This document shows positions 19,962-30,033 of a stretch of DNA of 60,818 bases, piece by piece (the first letter of the stretch is position 1; the number at the start of each line of letters is the position of its first letter). Under the pieces are notes generated by a model. The model did no database searches. It saw nothing but the letters and a program-made list of their open reading frames with translations, and had not been told where the DNA came from. A program made the position numbers and the translations under genes. The stretch spans positions 1 to 60,818 of the forward strand of contig JBBRSP010000035.1 of NCBI GenBank assembly GCA_038245295.1, written 5' to 3'. Origin of the DNA: Candidatus Binatia bacterium. GTDB taxonomy: Bacteria; Desulfobacterota; Binatia; HRBIN30.

Positions 19962-22655
19962 ATGCTGAACTTGTTTGCCTTCCGCTGTCCCGTCGCCCCC
20001 GGCTCTCGCCGTTTCATTCCGTCTGTATTCGTTGTGCTCGCCGTCGCGGTCATCGCCGCGACGGCGCAGGCGCAGACGCGCACGCCGCGTCCGACCTTCA
20101 CACGTATGCCTACCTTCACCGAGCGACCGACGCGTACACCGCGCGGCACGCCCGGGACCCAGGATTCGCCAACCCCAACCGTAACGCCAACGCGGCCGTC
20201 CGGTGAGAACACCCCGACCGCGCCGATCGACGCAACGGCGACGGCAACCCCGACCAGCGACGGCCAAGGAACGGAGACTCCGACCGGCGGAACGGCGGTG
20301 CCGACGCCGACGGTGACGCCGACTACGCTAGCCGTTGGTTCGACGGTCAACTTCCGAACGGCCAGTTTCGTGACGGTTGGTACATCGATCACCGGAATCA
20401 CCTCCGACAATTTCAATCCGAACGCCGCCGCACCGGACGGCGGTGATAGCCGCGACCTGATGGTCTGCGACGGCGTCGAAAGCACTGCCACGTTGCTCGC
20501 CGGCCGCCAGACGGGAGCATTCAACCCACGCCGTGCCGTGCCCGTCGGTGCCAACCCAATCGGTATTGCCAGTGGCGATTTCGACGGCGACGGGTTCGTC
20601 GACGTCGCAACGATCAACAATGTTGGACTCTCGGTTTCCCTGGTGTTCGGTCACGGTGACGGGAAGTTCGACCCCGCGACAACGTTCACCCCGGGTGGCG
20701 AGCCAAGCGCGATTGTCGCCCTCGGGAACATCCTGGTGATTGCCGATGCCCAATCATCGACGCTTTTGTTGGCGATCGTCCAGGCTGATCGCGGTGTCAT
20801 CGATGGCGGGCGCGTCGGTGTTGGTGGCGAGCCGCGCAGCCTGGCCGCCGGCGATGTTGACGGCGACGGTCTAACGGATCTCGTCGTTGGTAATGTCGCC
20901 GACAAAACCTTGAGCATTCTGCGCGGCACCGGCGGCGCTGCTTTCAACCTGCGCTCGGTCCTGCCCACCGGCAGCGCTGCCGGCGGCATCTCGCTCGGTG
21001 ATGTGAATCGCGATCGTCGCACCGATATCGTCGTCACGCTGCCTGACGAGAATTCGATCCTGACCTTTCTCGCCGACGCGCGCGGCGGTTTCACACGCAT
21101 CGCTCCACAGATCGTCGGTGTCTCTCCAAGCGCGGTGGCGATTGTCGACGACCAGACCTTCGGACAGATCCTCAACAACGACCAGCTCCCCGATCTGCTG
21201 GTCGTCAACAGTGGCTCGAATGACGTCATGGCGCTGACCGGACGCGGCAATGGCCAATTCATCCAGGGATCACGTTACGTCACCAGCTCGTTACCGGACT
21301 CTCTCGTGGTTGGCCAGTTGGACAACGACGCGGCGGGGCAGGTGGATCTGGCGATCGGCGGTCGTGGCGACGGCGCTGTCTCGATTCTACGCGGCGGTAC
21401 TGGTGGGACCTTTGTCGCTTCCCAGTCGTTCGAGGCCGGTCAGTTGCCGAGCTCGGTGCTGAGTGCGGATTTCGATCGCGACGGCAATGCCGATATCGTC
21501 GTGCTCAACAGCGGTACGCATACGATCTCTTTCCTGCGCGGCAACGGCCGTGGCGCCTTACGGGCGCCGGTGGACACGGCGGTTCCCCTGAATCCCATCA
21601 GCATGGCCGCCGGCGATTTCGATGGCGATGTGATCCCTGATGTTGCCGTTGCGAACCAGGATAGTTCCATCATCACTCGCTTGCGCGGCACGGCGGCGGG
21701 TTTTGTCGCGGGTGGTGGCGTTGATGTTGGCAGCCACGTTGGTCTGCTGATGGCGGGTGACATCAATCGCGACAATTTGATCGACGTTGTGGCGACGCAA
21801 CCGTCGGCGAACGAAGTGGTGATTCTTCTGGGCGGACGCGGCGGCCTCGGCGTTGCCAGTCGTGTCGCGGTGTTCGGCGTTGCCGTCGATGTCGAGTTGG
21901 TCCAACTGATCGGCGATGCGAGTCCGGATCTCGTCGTCGCGACCAACGCACCGTCCGGGCTCGAAGTATTTCCGGGCAATGGCGACGGCACGTTTGGCGA
22001 AGTTGTCTCGACCGATCTTTCGGAGGAACCTTCGGAAGTGGCGGTTGCCGACTTCGATGGAGACGGTATCAAGGATGTGGCCGTTCTTTCGGCAAAGTCC
22101 GGGTTGGTGCGCATCATGCGCGGTCAAGGCGATGGTACGTTCACGCCGCAGCGCTCGTTCGATGTCCCGGCGCAGCCGCTTGGTTTGGTGGCGGGCGACT
22201 TCAACAACAATCTGCTGGCCGATCTGGCAGTGGTCAGCCAAGCGACGGACCGCCTCGTAGTCTACCTGGGGAACGGCGCCGGCAATTTCGACCTTGGTCG
22301 ACCATTCCACGTCGGCCGTGGACCGACCAGTCTGGCGGCGGCCGATCTGAGCGGTGATCGGCAACTCGATATGACCATCGCCAATACCGAGGGTGATACA
22401 GTCACGGTTCTGCGCAATATCACCAGCGACATGGGCGGCCCGCAACTGACGCCGACGGAGACCGTCGGGCCGGATACACCGACCCCACTGCCGGCTGCCA
22501 CAGCGATTCCGACGCGTACGCCGCGCACACCGGTACCGCGCAACAAGGGTGGGGGCAGCAGCGGCTGCGCGCTCGATGCTTCCGGTTCGCCGGTCGCGCC
22601 GCTGGCACTTGCGGCGGCGGCATGGTGGCTGGCGCGTCGGCGGGCACAGAAGTAA
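19962..22655 (+). CDS. FG-GAP/VCBS-repeat surface protein with PT linkers and MYXO-CTERM-like tail
   Basis: Signal peptide ending AQA, many GDFDGDG..D repeats, C-terminus GGGSSGC-hydrophobic-RRR. Confidence 0.85.
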   Translation: MLNLFAFRCPVAPGSRRFIPSVFVVLAVAVIAATAQAQTRTPRPTFTRMPTFTERPTRTPRGTPGTQDSPTPTVTPTRPSGENTPTAPIDATATATPTSDGQGTETPTGGTAVPTPTVTPTTLAVGSTVNFRTASFVTVGTSITGITSDNFNPNAAAPDGGDSRDLMVCDGVESTATLLAGRQTGAFNPRRAVPVGANPIGIASGDFDGDGFVDVATINNVGLSVSLVFGHGDGKFDPATTFTPGGEPSAIVALGNILVIADAQSSTLLLAIVQADRGVIDGGRVGVGGEPRSLAAGDVDGDGLTDLVVGNVADKTLSILRGTGGAAFNLRSVLPTGSAAGGISLGDVNRDRRTDIVVTLPDENSILTFLADARGGFTRIAPQIVGVSPSAVAIVDDQTFGQILNNDQLPDLLVVNSGSNDVMALTGRGNGQFIQGSRYVTSSLPDSLVVGQLDNDAAGQVDLAIGGRGDGAVSILRGGTGGTFVASQSFEAGQLPSSVLSADFDRDGNADIVVLNSGTHTISFLRGNGRGALRAPVDTAVPLNPISMAAGDFDGDVIPDVAVANQDSSIITRLRGTAAGFVAGGGVDVGSHVGLLMAGDINRDNLIDVVATQPSANEVVILLGGRGGLGVASRVAVFGVAVDVELVQLIGDASPDLVVATNAPSGLEVFPGNGDGTFGEVVSTDLSEEPSEVAVADFDGDGIKDVAVLSAKSGLVRIMRGQGDGTFTPQRSFDVPAQPLGLVAGDFNNNLLADLAVVSQATDRLVVYLGNGAGNFDLGRPFHVGRGPTSLAAADLSGDRQLDMTIANTEGDTVTVLRNITSDMGGPQLTPTETVGPDTPTPLPAATAIPTRTPRTPVPRNKGGGSSGCALDASGSPVAPLALAAAAWWLARRRAQK

Positions 22656-22696
22656 CGGCGGACAGCTCCGCCGTGTGGAACAACGGAGGCCAAGTC

Positions 22697-24346
22697 ATGA
22701 CTCAGTACGAGGCGGCACGAAGCGGTGTCATTACCGGAGAGATGCGACGCGTCGCGGAACGCGAGTGTGTCACGCCGGAGTTCATCCGCGGAGAAGTGGC
22801 GCGCGGCCGATTGGTGATCCCCGCCAACCGCCATCACCTGGCCGGTAGCGGCGGTGCGGCGCCCAGCTCGACGACGGCTCCGGCGTATCCTGATTCCGTC
22901 GTAGGCCACCCCGGGGCGCGCGAGGGCGCTCGCTACTGGGTCAATCAAACCGTCGAGCAGCGGCGTCGCGAGTTGGCCGATGATGAGCATCTGCGCGGCG
23001 ACAAGGCGCCGAAGCGCCTCGATCCGATGGGCATCGGCCGCATGGTCACTACGAAGGTCAACGCCAATATCGGTGCCTCGCCGGTCAGCAGCAGCACCGC
23101 CGAAGAGGTTGCCAAACTGAAGTGGGCGCAACAGTACGGCGCCGATACGGTGATGGACTTGTCTACCGGAGGTTCGCTGCGCGAGTGCCGCCAGGCGATC
23201 CTCGACAATAGTACGGTGCCGATCGGCACCGTGCCGATCTACAGCATGATCATCGGGCGGCGCATTGAAGACCTCAGCTACGATCTCATCCTGAAAGAGG
23301 TTGAGAGCCAGGCGCGGCAGGGCGTCGACTACTTTACGATCCACGCCGGGGTTCTGCGTGAACACCTGGGCCTGATCAAGAATCGCGTCACCGGCATCGT
23401 GTCGCGCGGTGGTTCGCTGCTGGCGAAGTGGATGATCCATCACGGCAAGCAAAATCCGATGTTCGAGTTGTTCGACGAGATCAGCGCCATCATGCGCGAG
23501 TATGATGTGACCTACTCGCTCGGCGACGGACTGCGGCCTGGTTGTACGGCGGACGCGTCCGATCCGGCCCAACTTGCCGAGCTGCACACGTTGGCAGAGC
23601 TGGTGCACCGGGCCCGCGCCGCCGGCGTACAGGTCATGGTCGAAGGGCCGGGCCACATTCCGCTCGATCAAGTCGCGTTCAACATGCAGTTGCAACAGCG
23701 CGTCTGCGACGATGCACCATTTTATGTTCTCGGCCCGCTGGTCACCGATGTCTTCCCTGGATACGACCACATCACCAGCGCCATCGGGGCGACCGAAGCG
23801 GCGCGCGCCGGCGCGGCGATGCTGTGTTACGTGACGCCGAAGGAGCACGTCGGCCTGCCGAAGGCGCAGGACGTCAAGGATGGCTGCATCGCCTACAAGA
23901 TCGCCGCGCATGCCGGAGACCTGGCGCGTGGCATCGCCGCGGCGCGGCAGTGGGATGACGACTTGTCGCGCGCGCGTGCGGCTCTGAACTGGCCGTTGCA
24001 ATTCGAGCTGGCGTTCGACGGTGAGACGGCGCGCGCGCTGCACGATGAAGATCTCGAGGTCGACACCGACTTCTGCGCCATGTGTGGCCACGACTGGTGC
24101 AGCATGCGTATCTCGAAGGAGATCGTCGAATTCGCCAGCGGCAAAGACCCCGGCTCCCAGCCGCAGCGCGCCGCCTTGCGCAGTCCCGGCATGAGTGAGT
24201 CGGCGCGCGCTCTGCTCGAACGCCGGGCCCAGGCTGTGTTGCCGACGGTGGATGGGAAACTGGCATGTCACAGCGACGTTGCCCCGGAAGCGGAGCAGGC
24301 GCGTGAGATTCAGGCGACCATCGAGCCGCTAACACCGGTGGCGTAA
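22697..24346 (+). CDS. thiC: Phosphomethylpyrimidine synthase
   Basis: [45 protein letters not shown] and CAMCG..WC motifs. GGAGG RBS. Confidence 0.96.
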   Translation: MTQYEAARSGVITGEMRRVAERECVTPEFIRGEVARGRLVIPANRHHLAGSGGAAPSSTTAPAYPDSVVGHPGAREGARYWVNQTVEQRRRELADDEHLRGDKAPKRLDPMGIGRMVTTKVNANIGASPVSSSTAEEVAKLKWAQQYGADTVMDLSTGGSLRECRQAILDNSTVPIGTVPIYSMIIGRRIEDLSYDLILKEVESQARQGVDYFTIHAGVLREHLGLIKNRVTGIVSRGGSLLAKWMIHHGKQNPMFELFDEISAIMREYDVTYSLGDGLRPGCTADASDPAQLAELHTLAELVHRARAAGVQVMVEGPGHIPLDQVAFNMQLQQRVCDDAPFYVLGPLVTDVFPGYDHITSAIGATEAARAGAAMLCYVTPKEHVGLPKAQDVKDGCIAYKIAAHAGDLARGIAAARQWDDDLSRARAALNWPLQFELAFDGETARALHDEDLEVDTDFCAMCGHDWCSMRISKEIVEFASGKDPGSQPQRAALRSPGMSESARALLERRAQAVLPTVDGKLACHSDVAPEAEQAREIQATIEPLTPVA

Positions 24347-24382
24347 GTAGTGCACCCAGTAGGATCAGGGAGGAGACAATTC

Positions 24383-24868
24383 ATGATGTTGAAACGAACG
24401 GCGCAACTGATTCTGATGGCGGTGTTGCTCGTGGGCGCGCTACGCGCAACGCCGGTTTGGGCTGGCACCGGGGACTGGAACGATTCCGAGATCAAATGGA
24501 TGGAGTATGAAAAGGGGCTGGCGGCGGCGAAAGAAACTGGTCGCCCGGTCTGTCTGATCTTCTTCACGTCGTGGTGCCCGCACTGCGCCAACTACTCCAA
24601 GGTCTTCAAGGATCCGAAGCTCGTCGAGAAGTCGAAATCGTTCGTCATGGTGCGCCTCGATGCCGACCTGAACAAAGAGCTCGCCATGAAGTACAGCCCG
24701 GACGGTGGCTACATCCCGCGCACGTTCTTCCTTTCCTCGGCAGGGAAGCTCGACGAAAGCCTGTCGGCCGAGCGGCCGAGCTACAAATATTTCTATGATG
24801 AGGCCAGTGCCGCGGGGATTCTTGCCGGGATGGATCGTGCGATCGCCAAGTTGACGCCGAGCAAGTGA
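24383..24868 (+). CDS. Exported thioredoxin-family protein (ERp18/AGR-like)
   Basis: Signal peptide, WCPHC and PDGGYIPRTFF motifs. Confidence 0.85.
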   Translation: MMLKRTAQLILMAVLLVGALRATPVWAGTGDWNDSEIKWMEYEKGLAAAKETGRPVCLIFFTSWCPHCANYSKVFKDPKLVEKSKSFVMVRLDADLNKELAMKYSPDGGYIPRTFFLSSAGKLDESLSAERPSYKYFYDEASAAGILAGMDRAIAKLTPSK

Positions 24869-24902
24869 TGCCGATCGTTTGGTTGTAGGTCATCTTGAGT
24901 TC

Positions 24903-24978
24903 CCGTCATCCCGGCGCGGGAGTCTGTTGATCTTCTGTGGAGCAGAGTTTGTCGAGATAGCGCCACCCCGGCGAAAGC
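24903..24978 (+). repeat. Eroded CGTC-REP / MITE B remnant
   Basis: CGTCATCCCGGC-GCGG, then GAGTCTGTTGAT (2 mismatches to the family B TIR), then CGCCACCCCGGCGAAAGC. Confidence 0.45.
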
Positions 24979-25006
24979 ACTGGTTCGGTCGTGCGCGATA
25001 ATTGAT

Positions 25007-25037
25007 TTGACAAACATTTCTAGGGCTGTGCTAGAGT
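25007..25037 (+). promoter_or_regulatory. Possible sigma70 promoter
   Basis: TTGACA at 25007 and extended -10 TGcTAGAGT. The 19-bp spacer is suboptimal. Confidence 0.3.
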
Positions 25038-25144
25038 CGGCTCGTTTCGCGTCGATTAATCGGAGTGTGGGTGGGCCTCATTCTCCGCGGTAGCTGTATC
25101 GGTGAACCTGGCTTGGCGAGCCATGATCGGGAGGAGCACATAAC

Positions 25145-28100
25145 GTGATTCAGCGGCAGTTCTCGGGGGTAAGCGTGACTCGTGCGGTCGTCATTGTCGC
25201 GGCTGGAATGTTGTTTGCCGGCAGCGCGGTCTTGGCGCAGTCGATCGGCAACTTGTCGGTGGTACGAAACCCGGGCAACACCGGCGACGAGTTTCAGGAT
25301 GGCGCCACCGTCAGCTTCGAGCGCACCTCGCGAACAGAAGTCATCTCGAGTACGGCAACGAGTTTCTCGGCACGCTACAAATCGACGGTCGGCACCGACA
25401 CCGGTCTGAATGTCGGCCGCGTCGAGCCGCTGAGCAGCGACTACTCCGCTTCCTTCGATATCACCGCCCCGGGCGCATATGATCTAACGGTGCAGACCAG
25501 TCTGGTCGGTGCCCTCACCACCGTCGATGAAGGGAATGGCGGCACCAGCGCCGACATCAGCGGCGTCACCGGTGGCCAGACTGGTGGGACGCTATCGAGC
25601 GGCAGCCTCAATCTGATCGATCCGGGCAATCTTGTTACCAACGCAACCACGAACTTCGCATTCAATCCGTCCAATACGGCGACCATTCAAGGTCTCAGCA
25701 ATGGAGTGACCCAGAGCCACGTTCTAAACTTCGCGTTCACGCAGACTTGTTCGAGTGCCAGCGGCACGACGGGCGGCGACGAGTGCGCCGTACGTCTGGG
25801 CCTGGGGATCTCGTACAGCGGACAAACCGCCGGTGATTATCCGGGGCAGGGCAGCCGCAATGCCGCCAACGACGGCCACTTCGTTACCGTTACCCTTACT
25901 TCGTATTGCGGCGACGGCACGGTTCAGGCCAGCCGCGGCGAACAATGCGATCAAGGCGCGTCGAACGGCACGACAGGATCGTGCTGCACCGCCAACTGCC
26001 AATTCCGCGCCTCTGGCCAGACCTGTCGCGCCGCCGCAGGCCTATGTGATCCGGCCGAGGCGTGTACGGGTTCGACCGCCACGTGCCCGACCGACATCCT
26101 GTCTCCTTCCGGTACCGTATGCCGCGTCTCTGCGGGCGTTTGCGATCTGGTGGAGACCTGTTCCGGGGCAAGTGCGGCCTGTCCGGCGGATGGCAAGTCG
26201 ACCGCCGAGTGCCGCGCCAGTGCCGGCGACTGTGACATTGCGGAGAACTGCAATGGTATCAGCAACACCTGTCCCGCCGATACCTTCAAGGCCAGCACGG
26301 TAACCTGTCGTGGTGCGGCCGGTCAGTGCGACATCGCGGAGAAGTGCACGGGGAACTCCGCTCTCTGCCCGGGCGACGCGTTCCAGCCGGACGGCACGGG
26401 TTGCAACGACTCGTCTGTTTGCACGCAAACGGACGAGTGTACGAACGGCGTCTGCGGTGGCAGCAATCCGCTGCCGTGTGATAGCTGCCAGACCTGTGAT
26501 TCCGTCCTCGGCTGTGTGGGCGCTCCGTGTACGCCGACGGCGACTCCGGTGAACACGGCAACCCCAACCTCGACACAGACGTCGACCTCGACCCAAACAC
26601 CGACGCCCTCCAACACGCGTACACCGACGAAGACGCGTACCTCGACGTCGACGGCCACCAAGACCTCGACGGTCACACAGACTCCGACTGTCACGGCAAC
26701 ACCGACGAGTCCGTGTGTTGGCGTCGCGCCCGGCAATCCGTGTATCCCCGGCAACGGCAGCAAGAGCACGGACTGCACGATGGAATGGGTCGTCACTCCG
26801 GTGCCGAAGCTGAGCAAAGCCGGCATCCCGAAGAATCTGATCATCTGTTACGAAGGCGACTCGCGTTGCGACAGTGACCCCGACATTTTTAACCGCAGCT
26901 GCACGTTCAAGCCGCGTGTTTGCATCAACAACACTGACCCACGTTTCACCACCTGTTTGCCTACGGCGGTTACCTCGTTCGAGGTAAAGAAGCCAAAGAT
27001 CAACAGCCTGGACGCTGCCGACATGGCCAACCTGGCAACGTTGGAAAGCACCTTCGGCGTTGGCGGCTTTGGTGTGCCGATCCTGCGATTCAACACGCCG
27101 ACCCCCGGTGTCGTGAACACCACGGCCAATGCTTGCAGCGCGCCGATGCCGATCGTTGTTCCGTTGAAGCTACGAGCCAGCGGCAAGGTTGCCAACGGCA
27201 CCCGCGGCCTCAAGCTCGCGGCGGTCGATAACCTTGGCAAGAAGGATACCGACTCGCTCAAGTTCCAATGCCGCGTCAGCACCTGCGGCAACTTCCTGAT
27301 CGAAACCGATCACGAGGAATGTGATGACGGTAACCGTATCGCCGGCGACGGCTGCGATCCGGGCTGCCAGATCGAGCACACCACACCGACACCGAGCGTC
27401 ACCAAGACGGCAACGCCAACGGTAACGCCGACCTCGACGGACACCGACACGCCGACGGAAACCCCGACGGAGACGCCATCGCCGTCGCCGACGCCGAGTA
27501 ATACTCTGCTGCCGGGCGTGCCGACGTATACGCCGACCCTGACGCCGACCGTCACGGCGACGCGGACTCGCACGCGTACCCCCACGAATACCCTGACGCC
27601 GACCAACACGCCTCTGGCGAGTGACACGCCGACGCAAACACCAACCCTGACGCCGACGCCGATCGTGCGCGTGTGTAAGGTGAAGGTCATCCCGAACAAT
27701 TCGTCGTTCGTCCGCATCAAGACGACCCTGGGCATCAACCCGCTGATCCAGGTGACGACGAGCCCGACGAACCCGACGCAGCAGACGTTCGAGATCATGC
27801 CCGAAGACCCCAGCACACACGTTCGCGTGATCAACATCCCGGCCAGCGGCTCACACTTCGAGCCGATCGATCTGCTCGGCCAGGCGACGGTCTGCGTGCG
27901 CGCCAACGGCACAGGCACCGGCCTGGTTGACTGTGACGGTGGTGAGCCTGGCTACAACAACGTGGCCGGCTGGGATCATGACACCTCGATTCCCCCGAGC
28001 GTCAACGGCGGCTTCCCGCAGGATCCGGAGTGCAACGACAGCTTCATCAACCCTGGTCCGTTCGTGACAAACGCGCGACTGGAAGACGCCTTGGCCCTCC

Positions 28101-28516
28101 ATCCGGGAGCTTGCAATAGCCCGTTGGAGATCAGCGAAACCGGTACCTTCCCGGCCGGCGGCCTCAAGCTCACCGAGCAACTCGCGGTGCGAATCCTTGC
28201 CGCCAACGCCACGTGTCCGCCGGACACGACGCCGTTCAGTTCAGTCGACGGCGACATCTCGCTGAGTGGATCACTGACCACCGGCACGGTGTCGGGTACC
28301 GTGTACGACAAGATCGGCAGCAGCATGGCGCCGTATGCCTTGTCGAATCAGACACTCACGGACACCGTCAGCGGCAACCCGTTCACGTGCAGCAACATCG
28401 ATGCGAATGTAATGACCGGTGGCAAGATCGTGATTTCGATCCCGGCCATCGATCTTGCCCTGCCGGGCTTCGGCAGTACCGATCTCACAGCGACCCTGCA
28501 GCTGCAGTGCCAATAG
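25145..28516 (+). CDS. Secreted Cys-rich protein with disintegrin-like and DUF4215 (Myxococcus Cys-rich) repeats and PT linkers
   Basis: Signal peptide, CR.AAG.CD..E.C.G....CP.D repeats, ECDDGN..GDGC, two long Thr/Pro tracts. Paralogue of 39534-43346. Confidence 0.8.
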   Translation: MIQRQFSGVSVTRAVVIVAAGMLFAGSAVLAQSIGNLSVVRNPGNTGDEFQDGATVSFERTSRTEVISSTATSFSARYKSTVGTDTGLNVGRVEPLSSDYSASFDITAPGAYDLTVQTSLVGALTTVDEGNGGTSADISGVTGGQTGGTLSSGSLNLIDPGNLVTNATTNFAFNPSNTATIQGLSNGVTQSHVLNFAFTQTCSSASGTTGGDECAVRLGLGISYSGQTAGDYPGQGSRNAANDGHFVTVTLTSYCGDGTVQASRGEQCDQGASNGTTGSCCTANCQFRASGQTCRAAAGLCDPAEACTGSTATCPTDILSPSGTVCRVSAGVCDLVETCSGASAACPADGKSTAECRASAGDCDIAENCNGISNTCPADTFKASTVTCRGAAGQCDIAEKCTGNSALCPGDAFQPDGTGCNDSSVCTQTDECTNGVCGGSNPLPCDSCQTCDSVLGCVGAPCTPTATPVNTATPTSTQTSTSTQTPTPSNTRTPTKTRTSTSTATKTSTVTQTPTVTATPTSPCVGVAPGNPCIPGNGSKSTDCTMEWVVTPVPKLSKAGIPKNLIICYEGDSRCDSDPDIFNRSCTFKPRVCINNTDPRFTTCLPTAVTSFEVKKPKINSLDAADMANLATLESTFGVGGFGVPILRFNTPTPGVVNTTANACSAPMPIVVPLKLRASGKVANGTRGLKLAAVDNLGKKDTDSLKFQCRVSTCGNFLIETDHEECDDGNRIAGDGCDPGCQIEHTTPTPSVTKTATPTVTPTSTDTDTPTETPTETPSPSPTPSNTLLPGVPTYTPTLTPTVTATRTRTRTPTNTLTPTNTPLASDTPTQTPTLTPTPIVRVCKVKVIPNNSSFVRIKTTLGINPLIQVTTSPTNPTQQTFEIMPEDPSTHVRVINIPASGSHFEPIDLLGQATVCVRANGTGTGLVDCDGGEPGYNNVAGWDHDTSIPPSVNGGFPQDPECNDSFINPGPFVTNARLEDALALHPGACNSPLEISETGTFPAGGLKLTEQLAVRILAANATCPPDTTPFSSVDGDISLSGSLTTGTVSGTVYDKIGSSMAPYALSNQTLTDTVSGNPFTCSNIDANVMTGGKIVISIPAIDLALPGFGSTDLTATLQLQCQ

Positions 28517-28612
28517 ACGGGCACTAGCGATCCGACGATGCAGCGACGGCAACCAGAATGGTTGCCGTTGCTGCTTTCGTGTCATCGCCTGACCGCCACA
28601 CCAACAAAATCG

Positions 28613-29926
28613 ATGAGAGACTGGCGAATCAGGCGGCAGGTCGCGATTGCTCTTATGATTGGTGCGATTGGCCTGACCTTGCAGGCCTGTGGCGATTCTA
28701 CGACGACGGCGACGCCCAGCTCTACGCCGACGGCGACGTTGACCGCTACACCGTCGACACGACCGTCCGCAACGCCGAGCAACACCACAACGCCCAGCTG
28801 GTCGGTAACACCGAGCCCAACGTCGACCTCGACCCGGAGCTCCACGCCCAGCGTTACGCCGACGTCGACCGCAACCTCAACGGCAACTGCAACGTCGACG
28901 CCGACACCCACGTCAACGCCGACTCGATCGCTGACGTCAACCTCGACCCCGACGGCGACATTCACTCATACCGCTTCAGCTACCCCGACTTCGACCGCAA
29001 GCCCGACGCCGACCGCTTCGGCGACGGCATCGACAAGTGCGACGGCCAGCGAAACCGCGACGCCGACCGCTTCGCCGAGCCTGACGGCCACCGCTACGCC
29101 GACGCCGAATCTCGCGCCGCTGGTCGATACGCCGCCGCTGTACCGTGGATATGTCGGCCAACCGATCGATCTACTTCTGACGGCGCGTGATCCGGAAGAG
29201 GGAGTCGTTCGCTTCACGGCGGACAAGTTGCCCGACGGCGCCAGCCTCGGCGTCGATGGCCACTTCCAGTGGACACCTTCCGATCGAGATGTCGGACCAA
29301 CGGGGATCTCGTTCCACGTTGTCGATGACGCCCAGCCACCAGCCACGGCCGACGGAACGTTGACAGTTCAATTGCCGGCTCCAGATGCGTGCACGCAGGC
29401 CTCGTGCACTCCGGAGGCCGGATGCCGTTACGATCTGGCGGCGCTCGAATCGGGGCCGTGTTGTCAGGCGATGCCGCAGCAGCGTGTTGCCGACCCATCC
29501 GTGTCATGCCCGGAGGCGCGCCTCCTCCATGTTGGGCGCAATGCCATCAGCGGCTTCGGACGCATGCAGAACTGCGATCGCCTTCGTATCGAAAACTCGG
29601 CGCAGTCGAGCGCCCGCGCCCGCTTCAGTGTCGAAGCCCGCTGCCTCCGGACGAATGCACCGCTGAGCTTGACGGCGCGTTTGCGCACGGCCAATCGGGT
29701 GGTTTTCGACGGTACGTTCCCGCGCGTCATCTTGAGCCAGCGTGCCGACGGTTATGCGCAGCGCATCGCCGTCGTCCTCGACGTGATTGGTCCGGGGCCG
29801 TTCTTCGAATTCGAAGGAGCCGAAGCCGATCTCGAGGTGACGCTCACCGACGCGGACGGCAACGCGGTAAGCGACCATCTGCGTCTTGTGCTTACCTTCA
29901 ACGTGCTCACCGACCTGCCTTCGTAA
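28613..29926 (+). CDS. Lipoprotein with long Ser/Thr/Pro linker, Ig-like (cadherin-like) domain and Cys-containing C-terminal domain
   Basis: Lipobox LQAC, long STP tract, A.DPE..LP.GA..G.F.WTP Ig-like motif. Start uncertain. Confidence 0.7.
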   Translation: MRDWRIRRQVAIALMIGAIGLTLQACGDSTTTATPSSTPTATLTATPSTRPSATPSNTTTPSWSVTPSPTSTSTRSSTPSVTPTSTATSTATATSTPTPTSTPTRSLTSTSTPTATFTHTASATPTSTASPTPTASATASTSATASETATPTASPSLTATATPTPNLAPLVDTPPLYRGYVGQPIDLLLTARDPEEGVVRFTADKLPDGASLGVDGHFQWTPSDRDVGPTGISFHVVDDAQPPATADGTLTVQLPAPDACTQASCTPEAGCRYDLAALESGPCCQAMPQQRVADPSVSCPEARLLHVGRNAISGFGRMQNCDRLRIENSAQSSARARFSVEARCLRTNAPLSLTARLRTANRVVFDGTFPRVILSQRADGYAQRIAVVLDVIGPGPFFEFEGAEADLEVTLTDADGNAVSDHLRLVLTFNVLTDLPS

Positions 29927-30033
29927 CTCTCTTCATAAAAGTGATTGAATGTTGCACGATTCCCACGGTTGCTCCGCGCCGTCGCTTCCTTTAGAAAACT
30001 CGGGTCCCCCGCGGCGTCCGAAGGAGAGCGAAA

